DNA of 64,000 nucleotides. It comes from Microthrixaceae bacterium. Its GTDB lineage: Bacteria; Actinomycetota; Acidimicrobiia; Acidimicrobiales; Microtrichaceae. Positions 39,185-48,349 of the stretch are shown here, one piece after another. Below the pieces are notes generated by a model that saw nothing but the letters and a program-made list of their open reading frames with translations, was not told the DNA's origin and ran no database searches. Both the position numbers and the translations under genes were made by a program. Numbering within the stretch: position 1 is the first letter of the stretch; the number at the start of each line of letters is the position of its first letter. The stretch covers positions 8,515-72,514 of the forward strand of contig JAPXRJ010000001.1 in the NCBI GenBank assembly GCA_033813615.1, given 5' to 3'.

Positions 39185-40930
39185 TCAGCCGCGCTTCTTG
39201 GAACGTGACGCGCTGCGCGGGTTCTGCTCGTGGTTGCGGCGATGCCGCCGCTGGCGCGGCGAGTCGGGCGAACCGGTGCGCTCGCGCTCGCCGGAGCGGC
39301 GCCCACGGCGCTCACCCTCGCTCGACGACGCCGACCGGACCACGTCGCGGGTGGCGCCGTCTCGCTTGGCGCCGTTGCGCTTGGCGCCGTTGCGTGACGG
39401 CTGGTCGCTGCGCGTCGCGCGACCGTCGGGCCGGTCGTCGCGGACGGAGCCCTTGGTGCCGGAACGGCCGCGGTCGCCGCGACCCTCGGTGCGATCCCGG
39501 GCGTCCGTCGAAGCTGCTGAGGACCGCTTCGATGGCCAGGAGCTGCGCTCGTCCCGGACGTTGCGCCCGGAGTCGCTTTGCCCAGAGTCCGTGTTGCGGT
39601 CCGACCTGTTGCGATCCGACCTGTTGCGATCCGACCTGTTGCGATCTGACCCGTTGGGCTGCGAGCTGCTGTCGCGACGTCGTTGAGCCTTGCCCTTCCC
39701 GGCCGGACGCTCGTCGGCGCGGCGCTCATCTCGGGCAGCGCTTCGCGCCTCGGTGCGCGAGCGGCGGTTCGATGGCGGCGCGGTGCGGACGGGCGCCGCA
39801 GCGGGCTCGCCGAGGGACCCGAGGTCGACGTCGGTCAGCCCCTTGGGGAGGTCGAGGTCCTTCTGCAGGCCCTTGACCAGCGACGCCTTCTCCGGGATCA
39901 CCAGGCTGACCACCACGCCGCGGGCGCCGGCGCGGGCGGTGCGGCCCGATCGGTGGACGTAGTCCTTGGGGTCCTCCGGCGGGTCGAAGTGGATGACGGC
40001 GGCCACGTCGTCGACGTGGATGCCTCGGGCGGCGACGTCGGTGGCCACCAGCGCCTGGGCCCGCCCGGCCCGGAAGTCCTCGAGCGCCCGGTCGCGCTGG
40101 TTCTGGGAGCGGTCGCCGTGGATCGCCGCTGCGGTCACGCCGGCGTTGCTCATCTGCTTGGCGACGCGCTCGGCGCCGCGCTTGGTGCGACAGAACACCA
40201 CGGTCGGGCCCATGCGGTCGACGATCCGGGCGGCGGTGGCCACGCGCTCGGTGCGGTCGATCGACCAGAAGTGGTGCTCCAGGTCCGGCAGCTCCTCCTC
40301 GGGCACGTCGAGCTCGTGCAGCACCGGGTCGTGCTGGTAGTTGCGCACGAGCACGTCGATGTCGCCGTCCAGCGTGGCGGAGAACAGCACCGTCTGGCGG
40401 TCCGAGCTGCACTGGTCGAGCAGCTTGCGGACCTGCGGCAGGAAGCCCATGTCGGCCATGCGGTCCGCCTCGTCGAGCACCACCACGTCGACGTCGTCCA
40501 GTCGCACGAGCCGCTGGTTGATGAGGTCGGCCAGACGACCGGGGCAGGCAACGGCGATGTCGACGCCACGTTCGAGCGCCTTCGCGTTGCGGGGGATCGG
40601 CACGCCGCCGAAGAACGCCGCGACGCGGGGGCCCTGAGGGCCGGCGAGCTGGCTCAGCTCGTCTGCGACCTGGGTGGCGAGCTCGCGAGTGGGGACGAGC
40701 ACGAGCCGGCGGGGCCTGCGCCGCTCGGCGGACGGGCAGTCGACGACGAGCGGGATGCCGAACGCCAGCGTCTTGCCGGAACCGGTCGGAGCCTTGCCCG
40801 ACACGTCGCGGCCGGCGAGCGTGTCGGCGAGGGTCAGGGACTGGATGGGGAAGGGGGCGGTGATGCCGCGATCGGCCAGGGAGGCGACGATCGGCGCGGG
40901 AACGCCGAGATCGGCGAATGAGGTGTTCAC
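39185..40930 (-). CDS. DEAD-box RNA helicase with basic disordered tail
   Basis: PTGSGKT, PTRELA, DEAD, SAT, ARGIH, HRSGRTAR. Confidence 0.96.
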   Translation of the reverse strand: MNTSFADLGVPAPIVASLADRGITAPFPIQSLTLADTLAGRDVSGKAPTGSGKTLAFGIPLVVDCPSAERRRPRRLVLVPTRELATQVADELSQLAGPQGPRVAAFFGGVPIPRNAKALERGVDIAVACPGRLADLINQRLVRLDDVDVVVLDEADRMADMGFLPQVRKLLDQCSSDRQTVLFSATLDGDIDVLVRNYQHDPVLHELDVPEEELPDLEHHFWSIDRTERVATAARIVDRMGPTVVFCRTKRGAERVAKQMSNAGVTAAAIHGDRSQNQRDRALEDFRAGRAQALVATDVAARGIHVDDVAAVIHFDPPEDPKDYVHRSGRTARAGARGVVVSLVIPEKASLVKGLQKDLDLPKGLTDVDLGSLGEPAAAPVRTAPPSNRRSRTEARSAARDERRADERPAGKGKAQRRRDSSSQPNGSDRNRSDRNRSDRNRSDRNTDSGQSDSGRNVRDERSSWPSKRSSAASTDARDRTEGRGDRGRSGTKGSVRDDRPDGRATRSDQPSRNGAKRNGAKRDGATRDVVRSASSSEGERRGRRSGERERTGSPDSPRQRRHRRNHEQNPRSASRSKKRG

Positions 40931-41284
40931 GTTCTTCGTCCTGTTCTTGATGCCCGCGTGACGTGCGGGCTCATGGGTGCACGCGCCACAGCGAAGGGCG
41001 GTCGTGCATCGGGGGGAGTCTCAGATGGTGGATTCGCCGGAGAGCAGTTGGCGTCACGACACCTGCGACTGGCGAACGCCCACCGACCCGGAAGGCCCCC
41101 TCGATCGCTGGACCGGATCGGATGACCGGCCCGACACGAGGGTCGGCACCCGCGCGGTGTGGCGGGGCCTGAGGTGTGGCGTGACTGCAACGGTAGCAGC
41201 TCGCCCGGTGGTCGAGCCGTTCCGTGGCCGGGGCGGTCCCGCTCAGCCCGACGCGCTTGGCAGGACGCGCTCGGCCCGACGCGC

Positions 41285-42403
41285 TCAGCCCGACGCGCTG
41301 AGAGGGTGCAGCACGTCGATGTACATGCTGGTCGCCCCGATCGCCAGCAGGACCACGATCACGACCGCCGCGGCGATCCGGAAGCGGTTCGGGTCCAGGC
41401 GGTAGCGGGGTCGCCGTCGAGCCCGGGCGATCGCCCCCTCGACCACGATGATCGCGGCGTGGCCCCCGTCGAGGGGCAGCAGCGGGAGCAGGTTGAACAC
41501 GGCCAGGCTCGTGGAGAACAGGCCCGCGAGCAGCAGCAGGCGTGAAGGGTGCTGCTCGAGCAGGCCGTCGGTGAGCTGGGCACCGCCGACGGCGGAGACC
41601 ATCCGCTGCTCGGGCACCTCGCCGTCGACGACGGACCGGCTGTAGTCGGCGGCGCCGGTGACGAGCTCGCCCAGGCTCACCACGGTGTCGCGGGACACGT
41701 CCCACATGAGCGACGTCGAACCGGTGGCCGCTCGGACCGGACCCACGTCGATCTCGGGCGACCACATCGCGTACGTCCAGAACAGCGCCAGCGCCACGAC
41801 GAAGTTCACCCCGACGCCGGCCAGGATCACCGCCATCCGGCGCGGCCGGGTCGCGGCGCGGTAGGTCATCGGTTCGAGCGACGCCTCCACCTCCTCGCTC
41901 GGACCCATGCCCGGGATCTTGACGTAGCCGCCGAGCACGACGGCCTTGACCCCGTAGCGGAGTCCCGAACGGGACGTACGGCTCCAGACCGTGGGACCGA
42001 AGCCCAGGAAGTACTCGGTGGGCCCCATGCCGCAGCGGCGGGCGACGACGAGGTGACCGACCTCGTGGACCAGGATCAGCGCGATCAGGATGGCCAGGAA
42101 CACCGCGGCGCCGGGCAGCAGCCACGTGATCGCCACGACGATCGCGGTGAGGACGGTGGCCCGCACGGGGTGCCACTCGCTGCGGGCGCCCTCGGATCTG
42201 CCGGCCCGTCGCCATCGCAGGAGGAGTCGATGGGGGAGCGGGTCCGCTCTGATGACCTCGACTCCGAGTGCCGCGACCTCGGGCCGCGCGGGGGCATCGG
42301 CATCCGCAGTCTGCTCCGACGCACCGACCGTCACGGTCGGTGCGTCCGGCTCAAGACCGGGTTCGGCGGATCCGTCCGCCCGATGTTCGCGCCCCAGCTG
42401 CAT
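41285..42403 (-). CDS. M50-family (RseP/Rip1-like) membrane metalloprotease without PDZ
   Basis: HEVGH, GFGP, GGYV, NLLPLLPLDGG; start uncertain. Confidence 0.88.
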   Translation of the reverse strand: MQLGREHRADGSAEPGLEPDAPTVTVGASEQTADADAPARPEVAALGVEVIRADPLPHRLLLRWRRAGRSEGARSEWHPVRATVLTAIVVAITWLLPGAAVFLAILIALILVHEVGHLVVARRCGMGPTEYFLGFGPTVWSRTSRSGLRYGVKAVVLGGYVKIPGMGPSEEVEASLEPMTYRAATRPRRMAVILAGVGVNFVVALALFWTYAMWSPEIDVGPVRAATGSTSLMWDVSRDTVVSLGELVTGAADYSRSVVDGEVPEQRMVSAVGGAQLTDGLLEQHPSRLLLLAGLFSTSLAVFNLLPLLPLDGGHAAIIVVEGAIARARRRPRYRLDPNRFRIAAAVVIVVLLAIGATSMYIDVLHPLSASG

Positions 42404-42457
42404 CGTCGAGGCTCAACATACCCATTTGCCGAACGTCGTGTCGGGCGACCATGCCGC

Positions 42458-43984
42458 TCACGTTCGATCGCGGACCGCCAGGCGAGCGCCGTCGGCGACG
42501 AGCTCGACGCGGCGGGGTCCCCCCGGCTCGTCGCACCAGATGACCAGCCGAGGCTCGCGGTGCTCCGGGTCCCACTCGATGAGGCTGACCGCTCCCTCGA
42601 GGAGCCCGGTGCCGGAGTTGGCGTAGCGCACCGGTGCGCCGCCGGCGTCCAGCGGACGCAGCATCGGGATGTGGGTGTGGCCGAACACCAGCCACGGCAT
42701 CGGGTCGACGAGCCCAGCAGAGCCGAGGCGCGCGAACAGCCGCTCCTCGTCGAGCGAGTCGAACCGACGGTTGCCGCCGAAGCGGGGATCGAGGGTGATC
42801 AGGCGGTTGCGTCCCCGTCCGGTGAGGAGCCGTCCGAGGTCGGCCTCTTCGGTGGCACCGTTGACCGCGCCGCCCAGTCCCGGGAAGTCGTCGAACGCGG
42901 TGGCCATCCATGTGATGACCTGGCCGAGGAAGGCCGATCCCGGCCCGTTCCACGCGTCGGTCAGGTGTCCGTGGGCGATGAAGGCGTCGACGCCGCCGAG
43001 TCCTGCGGCATCGGGACCGGTCGCTGCGGCCAACGCGTCGGGTCGGGTGAGCACGACGGTGTCGACGACGTCGACGCCCGGCAGGTGCCGGCCCAGGTGC
43101 TCGACCAGCGCGGTGTCGACGAACACGTCGTCGTGGTTGCCCATCGTCCGGTGGTAGCGGCCATCGGCGCAGAACCCGTCGCGCAGCAGGCGGTAGGTGG
43201 CGGCGTTGTTGTCGACGATCCGGTCGAGGTGCTCGGTCAGGAGCCGACGGCGGGCGCCGTCGGCCGCGCTGCGGCCCAGGCCGCCGCCGATTCGGGCGAC
43301 GTCGTAGACCGTGCCCCACGTGGAGCCGCCCACGAGCCAGAAGTCCTCGATGTCGCCGTTCTCGACGAGGTCCCAGCCCTGCTCCGCGTAGGCGGCGAGG
43401 ACCCTCAGCGACAGGTCCTTGGTCCGCTGCCGCAGCGGCCAGTCGAGCCGTCCCGGCACGCAGCGGTGGAGGTCGGAGGTGACGACCACCCTCCGGTCCG
43501 ACGCCAGCCGTCGACGGCGCTGCGCCGGCAGAGGGCTCTCTCCGCCCTCCGCCAGCGCCTGCAGGTGACGGTCGAACGCGTCGATGCGCGCCAGCGCGAC
43601 CTGCTGGGCCCGTCGGCCCGCCAACGCCATCGTCGGGAGGCTCACCGGTGCGCCGAAGACGGTGGCCGACGCCTTCAGCACGGCCCACGTCGCCGCGGTG
43701 ATCCCCGCCCTCGGAGCAAGGTCGCCGACCGCAGGGCCGGCGTCGATGACGTCGGTCGGCATCCCCGAGAGGGCGTCGGTCGCCGAGTCCACCGCGGTGA
43801 GGCGATCGGCCTCGTCGGCCCAGCGGCCCGCCCACGACAGCGCGACGTCCCAGCCCGGCAGGAGCGCAGGACGTGAGCGCCCGGGACCTGGGCGCTCGGG
43901 ACGTGGGCGCCCGGGGCGTGGGAGAGACAGCCGCAAGCGATCAGCCTGCCACCGGCAGGCTCCGTTTCCGCACTCCGGTGCCAT
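42458..43984 (-). CDS. Calcineurin-like metallophosphoesterase (start uncertain)
   Basis: SDLH, NGDIED, GNHD, HGH, GHTH, NSG. Confidence 0.8.
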   Translation of the reverse strand: MAPECGNGACRWQADRLRLSLPRPGRPRPERPGPGRSRPALLPGWDVALSWAGRWADEADRLTAVDSATDALSGMPTDVIDAGPAVGDLAPRAGITAATWAVLKASATVFGAPVSLPTMALAGRRAQQVALARIDAFDRHLQALAEGGESPLPAQRRRRLASDRRVVVTSDLHRCVPGRLDWPLRQRTKDLSLRVLAAYAEQGWDLVENGDIEDFWLVGGSTWGTVYDVARIGGGLGRSAADGARRRLLTEHLDRIVDNNAATYRLLRDGFCADGRYHRTMGNHDDVFVDTALVEHLGRHLPGVDVVDTVVLTRPDALAAATGPDAAGLGGVDAFIAHGHLTDAWNGPGSAFLGQVITWMATAFDDFPGLGGAVNGATEEADLGRLLTGRGRNRLITLDPRFGGNRRFDSLDEERLFARLGSAGLVDPMPWLVFGHTHIPMLRPLDAGGAPVRYANSGTGLLEGAVSLIEWDPEHREPRLVIWCDEPGGPRRVELVADGARLAVRDRT

Positions 43985-44149
43985 CTCATCGGGCCATCGC
44001 ATCGGGCCATCACATCGGGCCATCACATCGGTCAGGGCACGGGGCCACGACGGGCGATCAGCCTGGCGGCGCTCAGGTGCAGCAGCGCCGTTCGACGCGC
44101 TCGACGTTCGACCTACGCTGCTGCCTGCAGGCGTCGACGGGGGGACCAC

Positions 44150-44914
44150 ATGACGACCAACGAACGGGCGCCCGACGGGGACCGGTCCTACGCGGCGATC
44201 GCGGATCGCCTCGACATGTCGCTCGTCGAGGCGATGCAGACCCAACGCGCGGTCCGGAGGGTCCTGCCCGACCCGGTCGACGACGACGTCGTGCTTCGCT
44301 GCATCGAGCTGGCGCTCAAGGCGCCCACCGGATCGAACGGCCAGAACTGGCAGTTCGTCGTGATCAAGGACCGGGAGGTGCTCGGGACCTTCGCCCGCCG
44401 CTACCGCCAGGCGTGGGCGCTCTACGGGGGCCTCGGCGAGCGGGTCGTCGGCGATGACCCGTCGATGCGTCGGGTCCTCGGCGCCGTCAAGTGGCAGGTC
44501 GACCACTTCGAGGAGATCCCCGTGGTGGTCGTGCCGTGCCTGGAGGGGGTGCAGCGCTTCGCCCCGGTGCCCGCGATCGCGGCCAGCAGCCACTACGGCT
44601 CGATCTACCCGAGCGTCCAGAACCTGCTGCTCGCCGCCCGGGCGATGGGGCTCGGCGCATCGCTGATCACGTTGCCGCTGTGGAGCGTCACGATGTCGCG
44701 CCGGACCCTCGGCCTGCCCCTCACCGTGCAGCCGGTGTGCATGGTGCCGCTCGGCTGGCCACGCGGTCGCTACGGACCGACCACCCGCAAGGCCGTCGGC
44801 GACGTCGTCCACCTCGACCGCTTCGGCACCCGGCCCTGGCGAGGCCGCAGCATCGGAGCACCCGACGATCAGGCGGCCGCACCGTCGGCCGCAGGATCGG
44901 AGGGAGGATCGTGA
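44150..44914 (+). CDS. Nitroreductase family protein
   Basis: TQRAVRR, APTGSNGQNW, QNLLLAARAMGLG. Confidence 0.92.
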   Translation: MTTNERAPDGDRSYAAIADRLDMSLVEAMQTQRAVRRVLPDPVDDDVVLRCIELALKAPTGSNGQNWQFVVIKDREVLGTFARRYRQAWALYGGLGERVVGDDPSMRRVLGAVKWQVDHFEEIPVVVVPCLEGVQRFAPVPAIAASSHYGSIYPSVQNLLLAARAMGLGASLITLPLWSVTMSRRTLGLPLTVQPVCMVPLGWPRGRYGPTTRKAVGDVVHLDRFGTRPWRGRSIGAPDDQAAAPSAAGSEGGS

Positions 44915-46341
44915 CCGGCCTGGCCGGCCGGCCGATGCCATCGGCGATCGAGGCCGCGACCGCGATCCGCGAAGGTCGCCAGTCCTCCGTCGAGCTGGTG
45001 GAGGAGTGCATCGCCCGCATCGAAGCCCACGACGAGGCGCTCAACGCGTTCGTCCACCTCGACGCGGACGGTGCCCGTCGGGCTGCAGAAGCGGTCGACG
45101 CACGCGTGTCCGCCGGCGAGGCCGACCTGCTCGGTCCGCTCGCCGGCGTGCCCTTCGGGGTGAAGGACCTGGAGGACTGCGCGGGGATGCCCACAAGCCA
45201 CGGGTCGCTGCTCTACAAGGGCGGCCCGGTGGCCACCGCCGACTCCGAGCACGTCGCCCGCCTGCGCGCCGCCGGCGCGATCCCGCTGGGCAAGACCGCG
45301 GCACCCGAGTTCGGCACGCTGCAGTACACCTACACCAAGGCGTGGGGCGCGACCCGCAACGCATGGAACACCGACCGGACGCCGGGCGGCTCCAGCGGCG
45401 GCACCGCATCGGCGGTCGCCGCGGGACTGATCCCGTTCGGCACGGCCTCCGACGGCGGCGGCTCCACCCGCATCCCGGCCGGGTTCTCCGGACTGGTGGG
45501 CCTCAAGCCCAGCCACGGCCGGATCCCGCACCCCGACGTCGACCCGTCGGAGACCGCCTGCTACGGCGCGCTGGCCACCACCGTGGCCGACAGCGCCCGG
45601 CACCTCGACATCACGGCCGGCCCTCACGACACCGACCGTCTGTCGCTGCCGCCGCCGGCCGTCCGCTACGAGGAGGCGATCGAGGTCCTCGACGTGTCGC
45701 GCCTGCGGATGGGATGGTCCGCCACGCTCGGATTCGCGCCCGTCGATCCCGAGGTCGCCGAGCTCGCGCACGCCGCCGCCCTCGACACCGCTCGCGCCGC
45801 GGGCGTGGAGCTGATCGACGTCGACGTGCACCTGACGGACCCGGTCGCCACGTGGCTGTCGGCCGGAGCGATGAGCCTGTGGTTGTCCATCGAGCAGCAC
45901 GAGCACTGGCCCGACCGAGCCGACGACCTCACCCCGTACGTGAAGGCGACGCTCGAGGCCACGTTCGATCGGCCGCTGCGGACGTTGGTCAACGGCTACC
46001 GCCGTCGGCTGCAGCTCCAGGCTGACATGGCCACGCTGTTCGGCGACCTCGACGTGCTGCTGACGCCGACGACGGCGGTGCCGGCGTTCGCCGCCAAGGG
46101 CCCGTCGCCGTCGGTGATCGGCGGGGTGGAGGTGCAGCCGGCGATGAGCGTGCCGTTCACGATGCTGGCCAACCTGTGCTGGAACCCGGCGGTGTCGGTG
46201 CCCGCCGGGTTGAGTGCCGAGGGCCTGCCGATCGGCCTGCAGATCATCGGGCGGCGCCACCACGACGAGGTGCCGCTGCGCCTGGCCCGCCTGCTCGAGA
46301 TCGAGCGTCCATGGCCGCTGCATGCACCCGGCTACCTGTGA
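44911..46341 (+). CDS. Amidase signature family enzyme
   Basis: GVKD, GGSSGG, SDGGGSTRIPA. Confidence 0.93.
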   Translation: MTGLAGRPMPSAIEAATAIREGRQSSVELVEECIARIEAHDEALNAFVHLDADGARRAAEAVDARVSAGEADLLGPLAGVPFGVKDLEDCAGMPTSHGSLLYKGGPVATADSEHVARLRAAGAIPLGKTAAPEFGTLQYTYTKAWGATRNAWNTDRTPGGSSGGTASAVAAGLIPFGTASDGGGSTRIPAGFSGLVGLKPSHGRIPHPDVDPSETACYGALATTVADSARHLDITAGPHDTDRLSLPPPAVRYEEAIEVLDVSRLRMGWSATLGFAPVDPEVAELAHAAALDTARAAGVELIDVDVHLTDPVATWLSAGAMSLWLSIEQHEHWPDRADDLTPYVKATLEATFDRPLRTLVNGYRRRLQLQADMATLFGDLDVLLTPTTAVPAFAAKGPSPSVIGGVEVQPAMSVPFTMLANLCWNPAVSVPAGLSAEGLPIGLQIIGRRHHDEVPLRLARLLEIERPWPLHAPGYL

Positions 46342-46377
46342 GCCGCACGCGACCGGTGCGCTGCGACGCGAACCCGT

Positions 46378-47091
46378 TCAGGGCACGTCGATGGTGACCT
46401 TGGCGTTCGCGCTGTCTTCCTGCTCGCCCGGGAGCGACGGCGGGCAGCCGTCGCCGATCCCTGTGACGCCGGTGATCTCGGCCACGTAGGTGCCGCTGGC
46501 CAGGTCGGCCGGCAGCGTGAACCGGAACGAGCGGTGCAGCGGGCCGGTCGCAGCCGGTATCGGAGCAGCGTCCTCGGGCCGCAGCACGGCGACGGCACAG
46601 CCGACCTCGACCCCGTTGGCCGGCACCAGCGACGATTCGGTGGCCGCGTCGCCGTCGATCGAAGACCAGCAGGCCGATCCCACCGCGACCGGGAGCTGAC
46701 CGGCGCCTTCGGGCTGCACGCGCACGTGGACGCAGGCGAGCGTGGCATCGCTCGATGGGACCGAGCCGTCGTCGATGTCCACCGACAGGGCACCGTCCTC
46801 GACCAGGGCGGTCGTGACGAGCCCGTCGGTCACCTGCGCCACTGTGGGCGTCGTGGTCGTGGTCGTGGTCGTCGTGGTGTCCGGCGCCACGGGGTCCGCA
46901 TCGGTCGTCCCGCCTCCGCGGGCGGCGAGCACACCGATGCCGATCGCCAGCACGGCGACCGCGGCGACGCCGGTGGTGGCGAGCGCACGACGGGTCCGGT
47001 CGCGACGGCGGAGCCGCTCACCTCGCGCCACGACGGCGTCGTAGCGCTGCTCGGGACGAGACGGCGGTGGGAAGTGCTCGGTGCTCGGCAT
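46378..47091 (-). CDS. Single-pass membrane protein, putative anti-sigma factor
   Basis: Coupled to ECF sigma; RG.RLRRR + TM + Thr linker + Cys-containing extracellular domain. Confidence 0.65.
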   Translation of the reverse strand: MPSTEHFPPPSRPEQRYDAVVARGERLRRRDRTRRALATTGVAAVAVLAIGIGVLAARGGGTTDADPVAPDTTTTTTTTTTPTVAQVTDGLVTTALVEDGALSVDIDDGSVPSSDATLACVHVRVQPEGAGQLPVAVGSACWSSIDGDAATESSLVPANGVEVGCAVAVLRPEDAAPIPAATGPLHRSFRFTLPADLASGTYVAEITGVTGIGDGCPPSLPGEQEDSANAKVTIDVP

Positions 47092-47606
47092 CAGTCGGCC
47101 CTCGCCGCGATCTCGTCGAGCTCGCCCAAGTGGTCGCGGAGGCGTCCGCTCGCTCGGGAGAGGTGGGTCTTGACCGAGCCGGTGGACATGCCGAGCGACG
47201 CGGCGGTGTCCTCTTCGCTCAGGTCGATCAGGTAGCGCATCACGACGACCTCCTGCTGGCGGTGCGACAGGCGGTGCACGGCCCGGGCGAGGTCGACCCG
47301 GAGCGCGGCGTCGTCGTCGGGGCGGTCCGCGGCTGCGGTCTCGGCGAGCGGCGCCGGGTCCCGTCGCCGCTCCTTTCGCACGTGGTCGATCGCCAGGTTG
47401 CCGACGACCCGCAGGAGCCAGGCGTCGGGGTTCGGGTGGGACCGCACCTGGTGCCAGCGGGCGAAGGCACGAGCGAGGCTCTCCGCAGCGACGTCCTCGG
47501 CCAGGGTGGCGTTCCCGAGCAACCGGCGAGCCGTGCGCAGAGCGCGGTCGTGCATGCGCTCGTAGAACGCACGGAACTCCTCCTCACGCACCGGATCCGG
47601 CAACAC
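47091..47606 (-). CDS. ECF sigma-70 factor (SigE-like)
   Basis: AEDVAAE, AWLLRV..NLAID, LS.RQ.EVVVMRY, GSVKTHLSR; AGGAGG RBS. Confidence 0.92.
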   Translation of the reverse strand: MLPDPVREEEFRAFYERMHDRALRTARRLLGNATLAEDVAAESLARAFARWHQVRSHPNPDAWLLRVVGNLAIDHVRKERRRDPAPLAETAAADRPDDDAALRVDLARAVHRLSHRQQEVVVMRYLIDLSEEDTAASLGMSTGSVKTHLSRASGRLRDHLGELDEIAARAD

Positions 47607-47616
47607 ACCCTCCTGC

Positions 47617-47640
47617 AACGTGTGAACGTACCGAACGGTT
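47617..47640 (-). promoter_or_regulatory. Putative ECF-type autoregulatory promoter
   Basis: AACC-16 nt-CGTT just upstream of the sigma RBS. Confidence 0.55.
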
Positions 47641-47764
47641 GACACCTTGGTGGGGAACCACGCCGATGCAGGGAGAACGACCCAGCCGGGAGGATGACCC
47701 AGCAGGACAGGACGACCCGGGGGATCGGACTCCGTTCCGGATCGGGCCGATTAGCCTCATTGGG

Positions 47765-48349
47765 GTGAGCGCAGTGGATGCCCTCTTCTGGGTCGTCTGC
47801 CTGGTGCTGGTGGTGGCGGGCTCTTCGAAGCTGGTCGCGCCGGAGCAGGTGGCTTCGACGCTGGTCGCCCTCGGTGGACCTCGTCGCTCGTCGCGGTCGG
47901 CTTCGTCGGTTTCCGGCGTCCTGGCGGCCAGGGTCGTCGGCGCGTTCGAGGTGGTGCTCGGCATCGCCGGCCTGGCCGTCGGCGGCACGGTGATCGCGCT
48001 CGGCGTGTCGGCGGTGTACGTCGGGTTCGCTGTCGTCGTCGTCGTGGCCCGTCGGCGGGGTCTGAGCGGCTGCGGTTGCTTCGGCGCCACGAGCGCGCCG
48101 CCGAGCTGGGTCCATGTGGCGGTCAACGTCGGATCGGCCCTCGTCGCCGCGGTGGCCGCGGCGACGAGCGGCGGACCGGCTCCGGCGGCGGACGGCCTCG
48201 GCGCCGTCTCGTCGAGCACCGCGATGGCGGTGGCGGCCTTGGTGTTGCTGGCCACGGCGCTGGTGGTCGCGCTCGACACCGTCGTGGCCGACGTCGTCGA
48301 GGCGACCAGGGCGCTGCGGGACCAGGACCGGGGTGTGGAGACAGCGTGA
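47765..48349 (+). CDS. MauE/DoxX-family membrane protein
   Basis: AG.SKL, E..LG, GCGCFG; multiple TM segments. Confidence 0.85.
   Translation: MSAVDALFWVVCLVLVVAGSSKLVAPEQVASTLVALGGPRRSSRSASSVSGVLAARVVGAFEVVLGIAGLAVGGTVIALGVSAVYVGFAVVVVVARRRGLSGCGCFGATSAPPSWVHVAVNVGSALVAAVAAATSGGPAPAADGLGAVSSSTAMAVAALVLLATALVVALDTVVADVVEATRALRDQDRGVETA

Noticed and set aside
43873-44030. Short 13-15 bp tandem repeats upstream of the phosphoesterase as operator sites
   Set aside because: Three imperfect GC-rich copies each, like the other slippage repeats in this genome; no linked regulator
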